A stretch of DNA of 64,000 nucleotides from Ylistrum balloti (lineage: Eukaryota): NCBI RefSeq assembly GCF_031769215.1, contig NW_026781979.1, forward strand, positions 62,001 to 126,000, in the 5' to 3' direction. The position numbers were made by a program, and so were the translations under genes. Shown in pieces: positions 11,701 through 24,790 of this stretch; positions within the stretch are counted from its first letter, which is position 1; every line of letters starts with the position of its first letter. The notes under the pieces were generated by a model. It was not told the origin of the DNA, did not search any database, and saw only the letters and a program-made list of their open reading frames with translations.

Positions 11701-12699
11701 AACAATAAATGGTACATGTCTATCGTAATAATTTGTCCAGACTAAGAAATAGAAACACTAGTATTTGATATTTGTTTGTTTACAAGTTTGTAACTACCAG
11801 TAGTTACTAGTGAAAGGAGATATTTATGTGACTTTTTAATAGACACATGCTCTAGCAGTTTTTAATGCCTTGTAGTGAGTTTATATTTATACAGTAATAA
11901 ACCCATCAGTATCCATTGCTGGTCTGTAGAATACCAATATAGGTTTTTCTTTGTCGTGTGATACCCACTTTCTTGACATATTTCAGGAAAATGGTGATGA
12001 TATTTCTTTACTGATTTCAATAAAACTACATCTATGATTGTCCTATTGGATCGAGAATGTCCTCAAATCAAAGAGTAAAATGTCATTAGTTTAGAAGAAT
12101 CCTGGTTTTAGAATATAAACGACAGAATTTGACATTTCTCTTTTTTTAAATTTGTCAGTAAAATGTTCAGATTTTTCCTGCTCTTAAAATAATGTGTAAC
12201 AAACTAGATGAATCTATCTTTCTGTGAGTAAACCAGTGTAATCTCTTATCTATATTTTCCCTTAGATTGGAAGAAAAAATTATGTGATAATTATATTTCA
12301 ATGTTTTGCTGTATTGCTTTCAGATATATTCCATCTTAGGGTTCATGTTTCCAGAAGACAGTTCCCCGGCATTTGCACTGTTCAAGTTTGTCCAGGTATG
12401 TTAACCTGTCATAAACATTTGATAGCACTTTAACAGTAGGCAATGATATACAGTATACAGTGTAAGTATTTTTGAAACTCCACTGACAGAACTAAATATT
12501 TCCTTCCTCTGTTGAAATTCTTTTGTTTTTGTTACAGTCTGTAACAGCGGCCGTGTCATTCTACTACAGTACTCACCTGTTGTTACACTGGCAGCTCCTT
12601 ATCCTGGTTATCCTCGGGACACTAGGCACATGGTGTTTCTGTCTGATTGAATGGAGTGCCACTAAGGCCTTCAGGGCTGGCTACCAGTCCATCGGATGA
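2783..12699 (+). CDS. MFSD11: UNC93-like MFS transporter MFSD11, 13 coding exons, 447 aa
   Basis: Exons 2783-2887, 3628-3692, 4098-4205, 4400-4479, 5138-5234, 5766-5948, 7523-7557, 8097-8162, 8989-9114, 9278-9458, 11174-11237, 12324-12395, 12538-12699. All introns GT-AG, phases consistent, 1344 nt. Motifs FMFLFTAFQT, LWTAQGNFLTINS, RNSGIFWALLQ, YTGVELTFFSGVYG, LLGFGDSSFNTQ, PAFALFKFVQS and C-terminal GYQSI match MFSD11. Confidence 0.96.
6184..7233 (+). mobile_element. Non-autonomous Helentron-like element (HINE) with internal ~120-150 bp subrepeats, MFSD11 intron 6
   Basis: Begins ttttaggatgacctat and ends ctgttaaggtctatgggtctcttgtt (hairpin-type 3' terminus). The internal motif gaagggctaccaa...caaggtcacaggg recurs about 5 times. 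Confidence 0.55.
9459..10630 (+). repeat. 32-bp minisatellite, about 36 copies (ccaggtaaactgtaccattctacccagtcttt)
   Basis: Direct inspection. Starts at the MFSD11 exon 10 donor. Confidence 0.95.
11411..11650 (+). mobile_element. tRNA-derived SINE with V-domain-like core
   Basis: Degenerate A box (cagtggtaatg) and B box (gggtttgattccc), followed by gttttccctgggtactctggtttcctcccaca (V-SINE-like core) and an AT-rich tail. Related copies at 16745-16930 (-) and about 62190-62375 (-). Confidence 0.7.
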
Positions 12700-13158
12700 C
12701 AATCAAAGGTTGGTCATCTTTCATCTGATTTACAATCAGTAAACAGCAACTGCTAATATCAACTGTGCTTTCAGATTTGCAAAATAAAAAGTGAAGTTAG
12801 CTTGCATGGATTTGGAAGGACGAAAAAATATAGAGGTAAAACAAAAATTCTAAGGAGGATGGTTATGATATTTATTATTTAGCTGCTGTAATGATGTACA
12901 TAATTGAATAAGATAATGAAAGAACAGGGTAGGTATTTGATATTTAAAAAAAACATTTAATACAATGACAGTATTTTCAGTTTCCAAACATAATATGAAT
13001 GCATTTTGAGGATATCATGGGTATTATGCTTGGAAAATGAACTATAGGACTGATCACTCTAATATGTCTGTCAGTGTATGTAAGTTATTTAATTACAACA
13101 TCTAATGCATTTGATTTTGAATTTTAATTGAACTAAATCTGATGACTATCTCTTGCAG

Positions 13159-13266
13159 GTTGACAGCCAGGATATCACCTGTGCTGTTGACAAGGACCTT
13201 GCAGTTGAAGATAATGTGATATTACCGACAGATTCTGCTAGAGATGAGGATAATGTGATGACTTGA
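13159..13266 (+). other. MFSD11: MFSD11 downstream (3'UTR) exon carrying a 35-codon in-frame readthrough extension VDSQDITCAVDKDLAVEDNVILPTDSARDEDNVMT*
   Basis: Donor AAG|GTTGGT at 12708/12709, 9 nt after the TGA. Acceptor tctcttgcag| at 13158/13159. The spliced product is in frame with the stop and open to TGA at 13264-13266. Confidence 0.65.
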
Positions 13267-13962
13267 CCACAAAGATAGATATATTGACATAAGAAGTTGA
13301 TGTTTTACTGTGATATATAAGTATTAAAAAACAAGCGGTGGTATTGTATGTAATTATCTTTATGTGGGTTTTTATGATTTAAAATTAAAACCAGAATTCC
13401 AGGTCCAAGGATGTACCTGCATTGGTTCAGCACTACTAATTTATATGTCAGTGGTTACCAAATCAAATCATGTAGTCATTTAGATAGTATTGTATTCTCA
13501 CTGCCATTGTACTACCAGGATTAATGGTTTCTCAAGGACATTGCACCGATTGGAGGAAGTTTGGTCACATGACCAGGATATTTTGTTTAAGGCCTAGCAG
13601 CGTTAGATACATTTTTTATTAAAATTTGTTTGTGTGGTATGTTATTTCATTCATACAGGACTACCAGATGTTGACAGTTTACTGTAGCTTGATATGTTAG
13701 TTTTATGATTGACAGGGAGATATATTTTATTGTGCTTCTTTCCCAGTTTTGTTTTTTTGGGTTCAGCTACACAATTTTTTATTTTAGATACAGTACTTGT
13801 ATATGGTTATTACAAATGTCTGTATTTCTCATGTTTGTATAAGTTCTTCATTCAGTACAGGTGCTTTGAATTATGTAGCCATTGGTGTCAGAAAGCAATA
13901 AAAGCTAATATCTGTCACACTCACCTTCATTATCACACAGGAAAGGTAATATCCATCCACAC

Positions 13963-14076
13963 GGGTTACATAGGTAGACGGGGCACTCTCTATACCCTAT
14001 ACACTCACCAGCAGGATTCAGTTACATAGGTAGACGGGGCACACTCTATACCCTATACACTCACCAACAGGATTCA
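13963..14076. repeat. Two-copy tandem duplication (about 57 bp)
   Basis: gttacataggtagacggggcac..tctataccctatacactcacca.caggattca occurs twice in tandem. Confidence 0.85.
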
Positions 14077-16357
14077 TAGATCACATTACTGTGTCATTTT
14101 TATTGTACATGAATGTAGTTTCTGATAAACGACATACCAATAATATACCTCAAGTTAAAAAGTTGATAATATGGGACAGGTACATTGTTTTTGACTGGCT
14201 TGAAGATGAAGCAGTGTTTTGTATATTTCTTGCCAAATATACTTTTGTTGGTTTATGTTTCATGTACTCAAACCTGACATACTGAACATGTGTTGTTAGT
14301 TCACTTTTTCTCTTACTGATAAAGTGCTCATGGGCACATTTAAACACTTTAACAACACAAATTTCACCTAGTGATTAGCTGTGTTCATGTGGGATTTTAA
14401 TGGGAGATAAATTTAAGAAATGGTAATTTTTAATATGCTTGATGTTTTTATATTTCATAGGTTGATATGAAAATTGTTGTGTAATTGGTGATAAAGAAAC
14501 AAAGTGATACGATGCCTCTGTCTCTGAAAGGTTTTTGTTCCATGTTTGGTCAGTGCATCATTAATTCATATTATGATGATGGAAAAATATAATCCAAAAG
14601 TTATGATTGATGGAGAAATCTGAACCAGTTTGAGGAGTGTGAACTTTTAGTTATTGGTAGCAGTAAGTTTTGTGATAAGTAGTCCTTTTATTCATTATTT
14701 CATGCTGGCATGCTTACCTGTTATATTTTTTATGTGGAAATTGAGAAAATGGAGAGAGAAAAATGAAAGTAGAAGAAATAAATGATGAGAAAACAGGATG
14801 TGTAAATTAGCATGATAAATTGGATGAAGATTGTCATTCCTCACCATAGAAGTGTTATGTTTTACAGGTATTGATATGAAAGAGAGTATTAGATATCTGG
14901 GCAATTTCTCTGGTTTTTGTACTTTATTTGCTGGATTTATCGCTGTGTGAACAGCCAGGGCCATTTAGAGGCATGATCTCCTTTTAATAGAGGATAGCTA
15001 CCTCACTGAAGGACATATGGGAGGCCCATCACATGCAATCCAGAGGATCTCTTTACCTAAGGTTACATGGGCCAACACTCTCATGAACTGAGCCCCATTT
15101 TGTGTCTGGAAGGAAAAGCATTGTGATAGGTAGCAGAAGAGGACATCTGTCATCTTGTGTGGGTTAGAAAAGAGGTAGACCTTAAGTATTTATTCAGTAT
15201 TAAAAGTACTTGATGTATATGAGATGCTATTTTCCCCATGACTAGTCAGTAAACATATCTTGATTAATCTTTATTCCAAAAGACTTACTATTGACTGCAG
15301 ATATAATGTAGCACATGATAAAGTTTTTGTTTAGTTATTCAGCTATTCCAGGTTGATAATATACAAAAACCAACAATATTGGAGAATTGTAAGCCAGATT
15401 CTGAAATATTTGTTAAATGAATTTGCAATGGTTTTATTATGAGCACTCTAAATTCTGTTATATTTTTCCTGCAGTCTGCCTCTTCCATTTAATTTCATTA
15501 TTTGAATACACCAGAACAAACATTGTTTTTATTTTGGATTCTTTGATGAAATCATTTAATCTAGATCATACAAAGTTATATATCATAGCAGCTAGTACTT
15601 CTTTCACTGCAATACCACAGCTTGTGTTGTGATATTTTTATATGGATCATAAGGAAGGGATGACAATATTTTGTTTTGAATTGTAATTGTATAAAAACCT
15701 CATGTTCTCCACAAATTCTTTTAAGTCTGACAGCATCAGAGAGGTTCATAATTAGGTGATGCTAAGTTGTTTGTCAGCTTTTATTATATCTTAGGATGTG
15801 CTGATTTCATGTGATAGCTTTTAGTTGTGGTATGATGTACCTCTTTGTACATGAATGATGAGCAAATATGAAACCCTAGTTGGTTGTGTAGACTTATGTA
15901 TTAGGTACTTAGTAAAACTTTTTGAGTTACTGGTCATGTACTGTAAAATTTTAGAATGTCCTACTTTCATGGGTGGGACATGTCTGTTTCAAATTTGTTA
16001 TATCAGATCAAATCAACATAACAGATATATAAGTACCATTTTGCACTATGGTGACACTTTCGGTTTTTTTCAGTTTTGATTGGTTCTAATGGCAGCAAAT
16101 GTAATGTAAATGCTTGTTAAGAGTTCATATTTGACAGGTAGTATTACATACTGTATGTATAAGAGAACAAATATGTATGTATATTGCTGGGAATATGTAT
16201 ATTACTGTGTGTATATGAAATGAAGTTGTGTATTATTGTGTATGTATGACTCTTTGAGGGGTACATATTTGGAAATTAATCTATTGGGTGAAATGGTCAA
16301 GGAATTTAAGGTTTTAAATCTTAGCTATTTCATGGTTTAAGATTTACAAGTACATTG

Positions 16358-16660
16358 TACTGTGAAGTAATTGTCTACAGTTTTACTGTGAAGTAATTGT
16401 CTACAGTTTTACTGTGAAATAATTGTCTACAGTTTTACTGTGAAGTAATTGTCTACAGTTTTACTGTGAAATAATTGTCTACAGTTGCACTGTGAAGTCA
16501 TTGTCTACAGTTTTACTGTTAAGTAATTGTCTACAGTTTTACTGTGAAATAATTGTCTACAGTTGTACTGTGAAGTAACTGTCTACAATTTTACTGTGAA
16601 GTTATTGTCTACAGTTTTACTGTGAAGTAATTGTCTACAGTTTTACTGTGAAATAATTGT
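16358..16660. repeat. 26-bp minisatellite, about 11-12 copies (ttttactgtgaagtaattgtctacag)
   Basis: Direct inspection. Confidence 0.93.
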
Positions 16661-16744
16661 TTCCATTTTTCAAAACTATTGTCTTTGTATCTGTATCTTA
16701 AAATAACCTGTAAACTTTTTAATTTCATGACATTTACATAATAA

Positions 16745-16930
16745 TCTAATAATTATATTGATCACTCTTGTCGGCCCGATGGAAGTACAAGAGGTTTTAC
16801 TGTGGGAGGGGTACTTGGGGGAAAATCAAGGTGGTTTAGCAGGTGGCCCCATGCCTTTCCATGTCCCATCTGAGAATCGAACCCAGGTTGCCTAAGTGAA
16901 AGGCCAATGTGTAAACACTGCATAACTTGA
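16745..16930 (-). mobile_element. tRNA-derived SINE, same family as 11411-11650, antisense copy
   Basis: The reverse complement reads cagtgtttacacattggcctttcacttaggcaacctgggttcgattctc...ctcccacagtaaaacctc...gagtgatcaatataa, colinear with the 11411 copy. Confidence 0.7.
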
Positions 16931-17625
16931 CCATCCTAAATCTATATATGCTAGGCTGTAGTATGATGTGGCAACAGGTGTCTCCATACTCCAATATCAA
17001 TAGATTTTTGGCCATTAAATCTTTCTGTAGAATGTACTGGTCAGTAGATTTCAATGATCATAACCTCTGATATGACACTTTTCGTGACATTCACAATGTG
17101 AATTGTGATCTCTACAGAGGTGATTTTGTAGTGCTAGTTAGTTTCAGTACTGTTCTGTACTTTTTTTTGTGAGATTTAACTTTCCTGATGATTTATTTGG
17201 AAACTTGTTCACAAAATTCAATTCTTTATGAATATTAATTTCATAGACATCTTGCTTTCACTGTTGAAATGGGTGGTGTATGTCCTATTGATCACAGTCC
17301 TGATATATGTAAAAGCAATATTGGTGACCTTTAAGTGCACAAGGAAATTAAGTGATCTACATTCAGGTCAAGTTCCTTATCACACACTTTACATATTGTT
17401 ATGTGATAGTAATTTTTCCAAAAAAAATCAAATTTCAAATATAGATATTATATATAGATTTTTTGATACAAGATTCATGACATATTTGATAAATGTCTGT
17501 ATAAACATGATATATGTACTTTAGCAATATATCTTTAGGGCTACATATAAATCCTCAGATTTGTTTTTTTATTTCTCTCAAATACTTTACAATCACATGA
17601 CATGTAGTTCTGCATTGCTTTATAT

Positions 17626-18506
17626 TTTTAGCTCACCTAGTCCAAAGAAGCGGCGAGCTAATTGCTATGGCATGGCTTCTGTCAGCTTTTTACTGAAGAT
17701 TGCTACTAGTCATAAATGACTAAATAGATTTTGACCAAATTTGGTCAGAAGCATCCAAGGAGGAAGGAAAACCAAGTTCATATATGTGATTGCTTCGCCA
17801 CTACCAGGGGCCAAAAGGGGAAATTTTGCAAGTTCTTATAAATCCTAAAAGGACTGAATGGATATTGCCCAGAGTAGAGCCAATAGGGGAAATAGAATAA
17901 ATTAATCAAAATCCTACTCCTATAGGAATTTGAAATCAATATTGTATAAATGCTAGGACTTGGTCCCCTTGGGCAAGAGGAGCAGGGTCTAATAATCTTT
18001 TAAATTCTATACTCCTCCAGCAGGAAAGATTGGATTTTGCTCAAATCTGGTCTGAAGTATGCTTGGGTGAAGGGAATCAGTTGTGTATAAACAGTGAATT
18101 GCAGGGAGGTATGGCCCCATTGGGGAAATACAGCTAATTCCTTACATCCTGCTCCATCTATAGGAATGAATGAATATTGCCAAATTTGGTCTGAAGCATT
18201 CTTTGCTGAAGGTAATCAGTTTTGCATTAATGGTAAGTCTTGGCTTCTTTGCGAGAGAGGGGCAGGGCCCAATAGAGGATATAGAGCAAATTCTTTCAAA
18301 TTCTACAAGTTCTTAAAAAACCTTCAGTACAGGGATATTGTTTGGTCTTAAGCAGTTTTATGAATAGTGAATATGACTTCAGTTTGACCATAAGACTAGG
18401 ACCAAATTATATCAGAAATTATTTGTCAGTTTTGAAATATAATTTATTAATAGCTGAATGGCTAAGTTAGCCAGGTGAGCGATGCAGGTCTCTTAAGCCT
18501 CTTGTT
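17626..18506 (+). mobile_element. Non-autonomous Helentron-like element (HINE)
   Basis: 5' end tttttagctcacct and 3' end aggtgagcgatgcaggtctcttaagcctcttgtt. Subterminal inverted repeat gctcacct/aggtgagc, 3' hairpin and T-rich flanks, with internal degenerate subrepeats. Confidence 0.7.
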
Positions 18507-19510
18507 TTATGTGTATCTTTTTATCTGTAGAGACAACAATTGCAGTAGTAAAGATTTCAAATATCGGATACACCTCTTGTATGTTATTATAATCCCCCCA
18601 GATCCTTACATGTAACCGGATTGATATACACCTGTTGTTTATCATTATAACCCCCTTTAAACATATGTTTTGTTCAGTTCTATAGTAAAGCTGTTTTGAT
18701 GACTTGATGCCTCAGTAACTTGCCGATTTGTACACCAAGGTAGAGCACTGGACCATTGTTTTTATTATGTTGCTTTGTAACACCAGGAAAGGCCTTTGTG
18801 TTTTATCTTATTTTCATACATTCCATTGTTCTATAGTTACTATCATGACAACGGTTGGTTTTCAGCTAGTAGACGTATATTTGATGTAATATTTGTAAAT
18901 TATCCTGTTTTGTACATAGACAGGTGACAATATGTGATGACAGCTGTGCAATAGCTTTATTGTACTCATATTGGAAAGAATACACTACTTTCATTATGTT
19001 TTACCTTGAGATTATTTCACACTTGACCACAATAAATTGGTGAACAAACAGTATTCGTTTTGTTGTCACTCTGTATAACTGTGATATAAACAATTATTTT
19101 TCCTGATCATTCCTAGCAATGCTGTCATTGTGCAATCTAGCCAATCAGAATTTGAGTTACTTGACATCGCCTCAGGGCAATTTTGTTGTTACAGCGTAAG
19201 GAAATAAGCAATACCAATCTGACATTAGTGTAAGCGTGCGCTTGAGGACTAATCATTGATCTTTGGTGACTTGTCTCTTTTCATTTCTATTAATTATGTC
19301 AATGAGATGATGAGTGGCACATTATGTGAAAAATGTTTCAACCTAGACTCCAGTGAGGGAGAATTATTTTTAGACTCCCAAAAATTTTTAAACATATTAA
19401 ATTTAGACTTCAAATTTCATGTGATGACAGCCATGAAGAGGGAAGACTCGAATAGATTTGAAGTGAGTATTCATGGTTGCAATGTCCAATTTGAGGATTT
19501 GATATACATA

Positions 19511-19758
19511 CCAGGCCCCACTTGTATAAAACATCTCAACTTGAGATTTCCTCAAGCCCAGATTTTCCTCAGCTAATATCTCCTTGAAAATATCTTTTAT
19601 GAAAATTCCTCAAGGAATTTCAGGACATCCTAGCCGATGACTTCCTCCTGTTCCTTGAGAAAATTTTATACTAGCCGTTTTTTGAGGGGATATCAGCTGA
19701 GGGAAATCTCGACTTGAGGAAATCTCAAGTTGAGATGTTTTATACAAGTGGGGCCTGG
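19511..19758. mobile_element. Palindromic MITE, about 47-bp perfect TIRs, TA target-site duplication
   Basis: ta|ccaggccccacttgtataaaacatctcaacttgagatttcctcaag ... cttgaggaaatctcaagttgagatgttttatacaagtggggcctgg|ta. Confidence 0.88.
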
Positions 19759-20189
19759 TATTAGTAATTCAACATTACATTAACTGATTGAATTTACATT
19801 GAACCTGGTGGGTGTCCAGCTGCACTTACAGGGTGATTTGTATTAATTTGTATTTGTTCAATCTCACAATGAATGTCTTAAAATGCAATATAAAAAAGAA
19901 ATGTGTTCCCTCACTGGAATCTCTGATCATGTTATTTGAACTTTCATACACTTTAAGTGTACTATTCATATGAAAACACAAATAAGTGTTGGAGTACTCA
20001 ACAAAAGTTGTTATCAGGATGCAAGGATAGGCCACCATTACCATTTACAGAAACCTCAGCACTTTTAACAAATTCATTTGGATGAATCTTGTAGACAAAG
20101 GTCAAGTACTGGAATACACTTTTGTATTTTAAAAAATAAGTTGCCAGATTCATGGTCTTAGGTCTACAGAAATTATGCGTCAATACTTT

Positions 20190-20650
20190 CTAGCAACTTC
20201 ATTTCATTGGGGTTTTGATCATCTGCCCAAAGGGTAAGCAACTTATGCTGTGGCATCCTGGGATGAAGGACAACCAGTTTGTTCAAAGGAATGACCTTCA
20301 TCCGATTTCAAGGTCACAGGGATCAAACATTTCAAAATTTTCAAATGACATTTTTTCTCAATAACTGAAACTTTCAAGGTCAAAGGGTCATGTGTGTTCA
20401 GAATTTAAAACTTTGATTAAGCAATAGGTCCTATGTCCTTGTGTTTGCATAGTAGTAGTATACTTGTAGGCTTTCAAGTTTGTAAAACTTGACTTCACAA
20501 ACCAAAAGGTTTCTGTGGATGTTGCATGGCAAGTGAGTAATACCGCCCAATTTGGCCTCTTGTTAACAATCTTCACACAAAAACTCAGTATGGGAATACA
20601 AATTTAGAACAAGTTTCAATTTTAAGGTTGTTGGGTCCATGCCAGGGACA
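20190..20650 (+). mobile_element. Degenerate fragment of the HINE/satellite family seen at 6184-7233
   Basis: Shares gatgaagg..accagtttgttc..aatgacct..tttcaaggtcacaggg with the intron-6 element. Confidence 0.45.
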
Positions 20651-23600
20651 TAATTACAGTAATTTGTTATCATATAAATGTCTTTTTATCAGTTTTCATC
20701 AGCAAGACTGATATCATTTTGAGGTAGTTTTCTCCATAGGGCAATTCAATGTCTGCCTAGACATGCATTCCATTTTTCTGTCCGTATAGTATCAACAAGC
20801 CTCAATAAACCTAGTCTACATGGTTAATGTGTAAAAAAAATAATGAACAATTGCTGAACTGTACAATAGTGATTTAATATTTAATGAATACATATACTAG
20901 TGCATTTCAATACAACATTGGCACAAAGATAATGACAATCACACGATCAAGTGTCCAGTACATTACAGAAAATGCCATTGTACTATTTTCTGACCTCACA
21001 AACATTATACTTGTGCAACAATGCGTGTATTTGTACATTACTTTGTGACTGTAAACATTGTATACATTGTATTTTTAATGACTTGAATATAACATCACTA
21101 ACATTTCCTGAAGGGAGCTAACAAAATAAACATTTTACTGATCCAGGTATAAATGGCAGTAAATAATTAACAAAGCATGGGCAAAACTAATCAAGTTTTT
21201 TTTTTCACCAATATATGCTAAAACTTTTTAAACATTAAACAAAAAAATTATCAATGGTTTTAAAACATTTGGAAACTATTACCAAAAATCAGCAAAATAA
21301 TGCATTCAAACATTCCTCATAAATGACGAACATGAAATAAGGTAGTGTTATGATTACAGATGAACAGAATGATCACAACATGATGTAATGTTGTAAATGA
21401 AATTACATGACCGGGTAAAGCAAGACTAGAATTAGTAATGAACAGCAGTGCGATATAAACCTCCGCCACATTTATATAGAAAAACTCTCCATACAACATA
21501 TTCTCACAATGCTGATGAGGGGAAAAAGGCCAACTTTGAAGCACTTTCATTTCTATAACTACTGTATGAGACAATTTCATCATGAACATGACATGACTCC
21601 TATATGATCGCACTTACCTAAATGTTGTTATGCTGTAAGAAGCAATGGTGGATTCAAGTTTCTCTTTTTTACTGGAATGTGGAATCACACATTTTGAACA
21701 GAAAAGAAAAGAAAAAAATGAAGATAAAACAAACCTGAATTTGATCATTAGATGGCCCCAAATAATGACATTATGTCTTCCTAATTAAACAAGGTGTAAA
21801 CAGACCCGTGAATTTACCTGTGTTAGTAATTAAATGTATATAAGACCTTAACTTTTTGAATGGAAAGGAACAAGTGAAAGTAGGAGTGTAGAAAACAGAA
21901 AGATCATCATTCTATTTAATGGAATCAAGTTTCCATCAGTCCCTCTGAGACAAATTATATTTTGTTAAATACAAGATTAAAAAAAAAAAAGGAAGAAAAA
22001 AATAGAAATACTCAATCTGAAAACAATAGCCATCATGTACATGGTAAGTATATAATCTGGCAAATCTTTTAATAATACTAACCACTTAACTACACAGACC
22101 TGTTTTTCTTCAGATCCAACAATTCTAAAGAGGAATAGGCATAAAGATGTTGCTCAGTTTTACTCTACAAATGTATCAGGATCGCAAAGTGTTTACATGT
22201 AAATCATAATGAAGCTAATACATAGTTGATACTAAAAACAATGCTTCAACACAAAGACAGCTGCGTATATCCACATACAAGTAGAATAACATTATCACAA
22301 TTTCACAACAGATAATATAACAATATCAAAAATATTTCTATCGCTACAATAAAACAGTCTATTTAGCAAACCACCTAGGTTAGTTCTACAGAAAACCTGA
22401 TAATATTATGTCTAAAAGCAGCTCCAACATGTTTCCCCACACTGATTTACACAGCACATGTGATATTAAGGTTCATTGACAATACTGTCTTTTAAAATAA
22501 TTATTTGTTGGCTTAATGCACGATATGAAACCAATTTTCTTCATAACCAATTAAATATATGATATGTGATTAGCAACGAAACTTAAGTAGAGCATCAACC
22601 TTTTTCTGACGATAACTTCAAAGCCTCTGTGCATGTTATTTGCTACTGAACCAAATTTGTAATTCGCTAGCGTTTTAACCTCACAAATCTCCCTCTCCCG
22701 GTCTAACTTGAATTGATATCATTTATCATCAACACAAGTACAGATAAACTGTATTACCTTACTGCATTATAACTGAACAAAATTTTGGCATCTAGACTTG
22801 TTCAATTTCTAAGACCTTTTCAACAGAAGACAGGCAAAGCAGGAACTATAAACTGATTATATTGGGTGTAAATTCTGATAGTACATTCACAAATGATTCT
22901 CTTTAAATAAATGATATGTACAAAAAATGATTTATATATTTACAATATCAACATAATTGTGATTGTTCCGTTTACAGTCAGGAGTGATACTTTAGATACC
23001 CACATACATAATATATATTGTAATACATTGTTTACAATGAATTACCTCACACTCAATACTCTGGTCCTAACATTCACACACATCAGGAAAACCCTATCTT
23101 CTTTCCTTTTACAAAAGGACAGCAATACTTTTATAATATTTTGTATACTGACAATTCTGCACAACAGCTCTAAACAGTGAAATTTCACTTGCTTTTCAGT
23201 ATTTCCCCATTTTAATATACATGTATATATGTTTTGTTTAATCTCAATTTGTGAAGGACATTTGGTAGCCCATTATGGGTGCATACACTGATGTACACTG
23301 AATCTTAAGAAACACTAAAGTCAGACAGTACATTTACGTAATCACAACACATTCGCAATTTTCATATTATCATAACCGTACGTGGAGTAGCACAGTACAT
23401 CACTAACAAAAGCTGTGTCTGTAAATCACAAAATCATCAAAATTATTTTGATTTTTAAAAGAATATAATAATCGGGAAGAATTTCTTTAATTTTTTTTCC
23501 TGTAAAAATTGGTCCTCAGTTCAAAAAATGTTATATAAAACCAAAATTAATTACTGCAAAAGTTGTGATCAATATGATAAATATCTGTATATAAAAACAT

Positions 23601-24684
23601 TTAATAAGAATAGTTGATACCAAGGGATCACTTGTTCAATGGCAGACATTAAAATAGGCCAAATACATAATAAATTTAAACACAATCACATAATATATGT
23701 TAAAGCCTGCAGTACTGAATTCTCGTGTCATTAAAGCTAAGAATTTCCCCTCTCTCCTTAATAATGCAGTCATCCGTTTGAAGTATCACAACCAGCACTT
23801 TTTCTACTAAAATAATTGCATTTATATAACATGTCAGGGAGCAGAAGACTGAATCAAAATGACATAGACATAATGATTGAAACAGTGGAAAAAATACCTC
23901 ACAACGCATTCAATTTAATTAGCACACACAAATAGATCGTGTTTATTATGTTCCTTATGCAAATGGACAATTACATACAGCTTTTACATTAAACTTAAAT
24001 ATTAATTTTGTTAAGTTTTACCTATTTCCATAAATTGCCAAAGATGTGAAAGTAAATTTCACGTGTCATGAAATTATCTTGATATGGAAACAAACAAAGA
24101 TATTTAAAATTGTGATAATCAAAATGACATTTCTGATAGCAGTATTTTTCCTCATAAACTTTTTCTTTTAAAGCTGAGTACATAAATTCAATTAATTAAT
24201 GAAAATAAAAATATGAGATTCTAATGTACATTGTTTTTAAAGTTCATTAACACTTCTCCATTATCAACAGTAGTGTCTATTTGGACATACCAGAACAGCA
24301 AACCTTGTACACATTATGTAAGTCATATATAATTTGATGCTTGTAATTGAGATTTTAAGTCTACTTAATCTAAAGGTTACACTGGTTTTTTCTCTATTAC
24401 AATGCTTAAAGAAAAAAAAAAAAAAAACAACAAAACGAAAAACAATAAAAAACAACCCCATTAGAATATCAATGTAAAGAACATTATCATTTTCCTGCCA
24501 CAGCATATGCATGATACCCATCCATCTATCATAGGTGCACAAAGTCACCTCCAGTTGGACTAGGACTTGCATAAAATACAATTTTTTACTCTCATGTTTT
24601 AATCTTTTATATTGCGACAGATCATCAATAGTGAAACACTATTCTAAAGATGTACACGGGATATTATCATCTTAGAAGAATCCA

Positions 24685-24790
24685 TCCTACAGGGGAGATT
24701 ATTGTCTTAGTAAAACCTATCTTACAGGGGAGATTATTGTCTTAGAAAAATCCATCCTACAGGGGAGATTATTGTCTTAGTAAAACCTAT
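24685..24790. repeat. About 35-bp tandem repeat, 3 copies
   Basis: atcctacaggggagattattgtcttag(t/a)aaa occurs three times. Confidence 0.85.

Noticed and set aside
12697-12699. Selenocysteine interpretation of the MFSD11 UGA
   Set aside because: No SECIS was identified by eye and the UGA falls at the normal MFSD11 C-terminus. The CARYYA-plus-hairpin context fits ordinary readthrough better. Not formally excluded.
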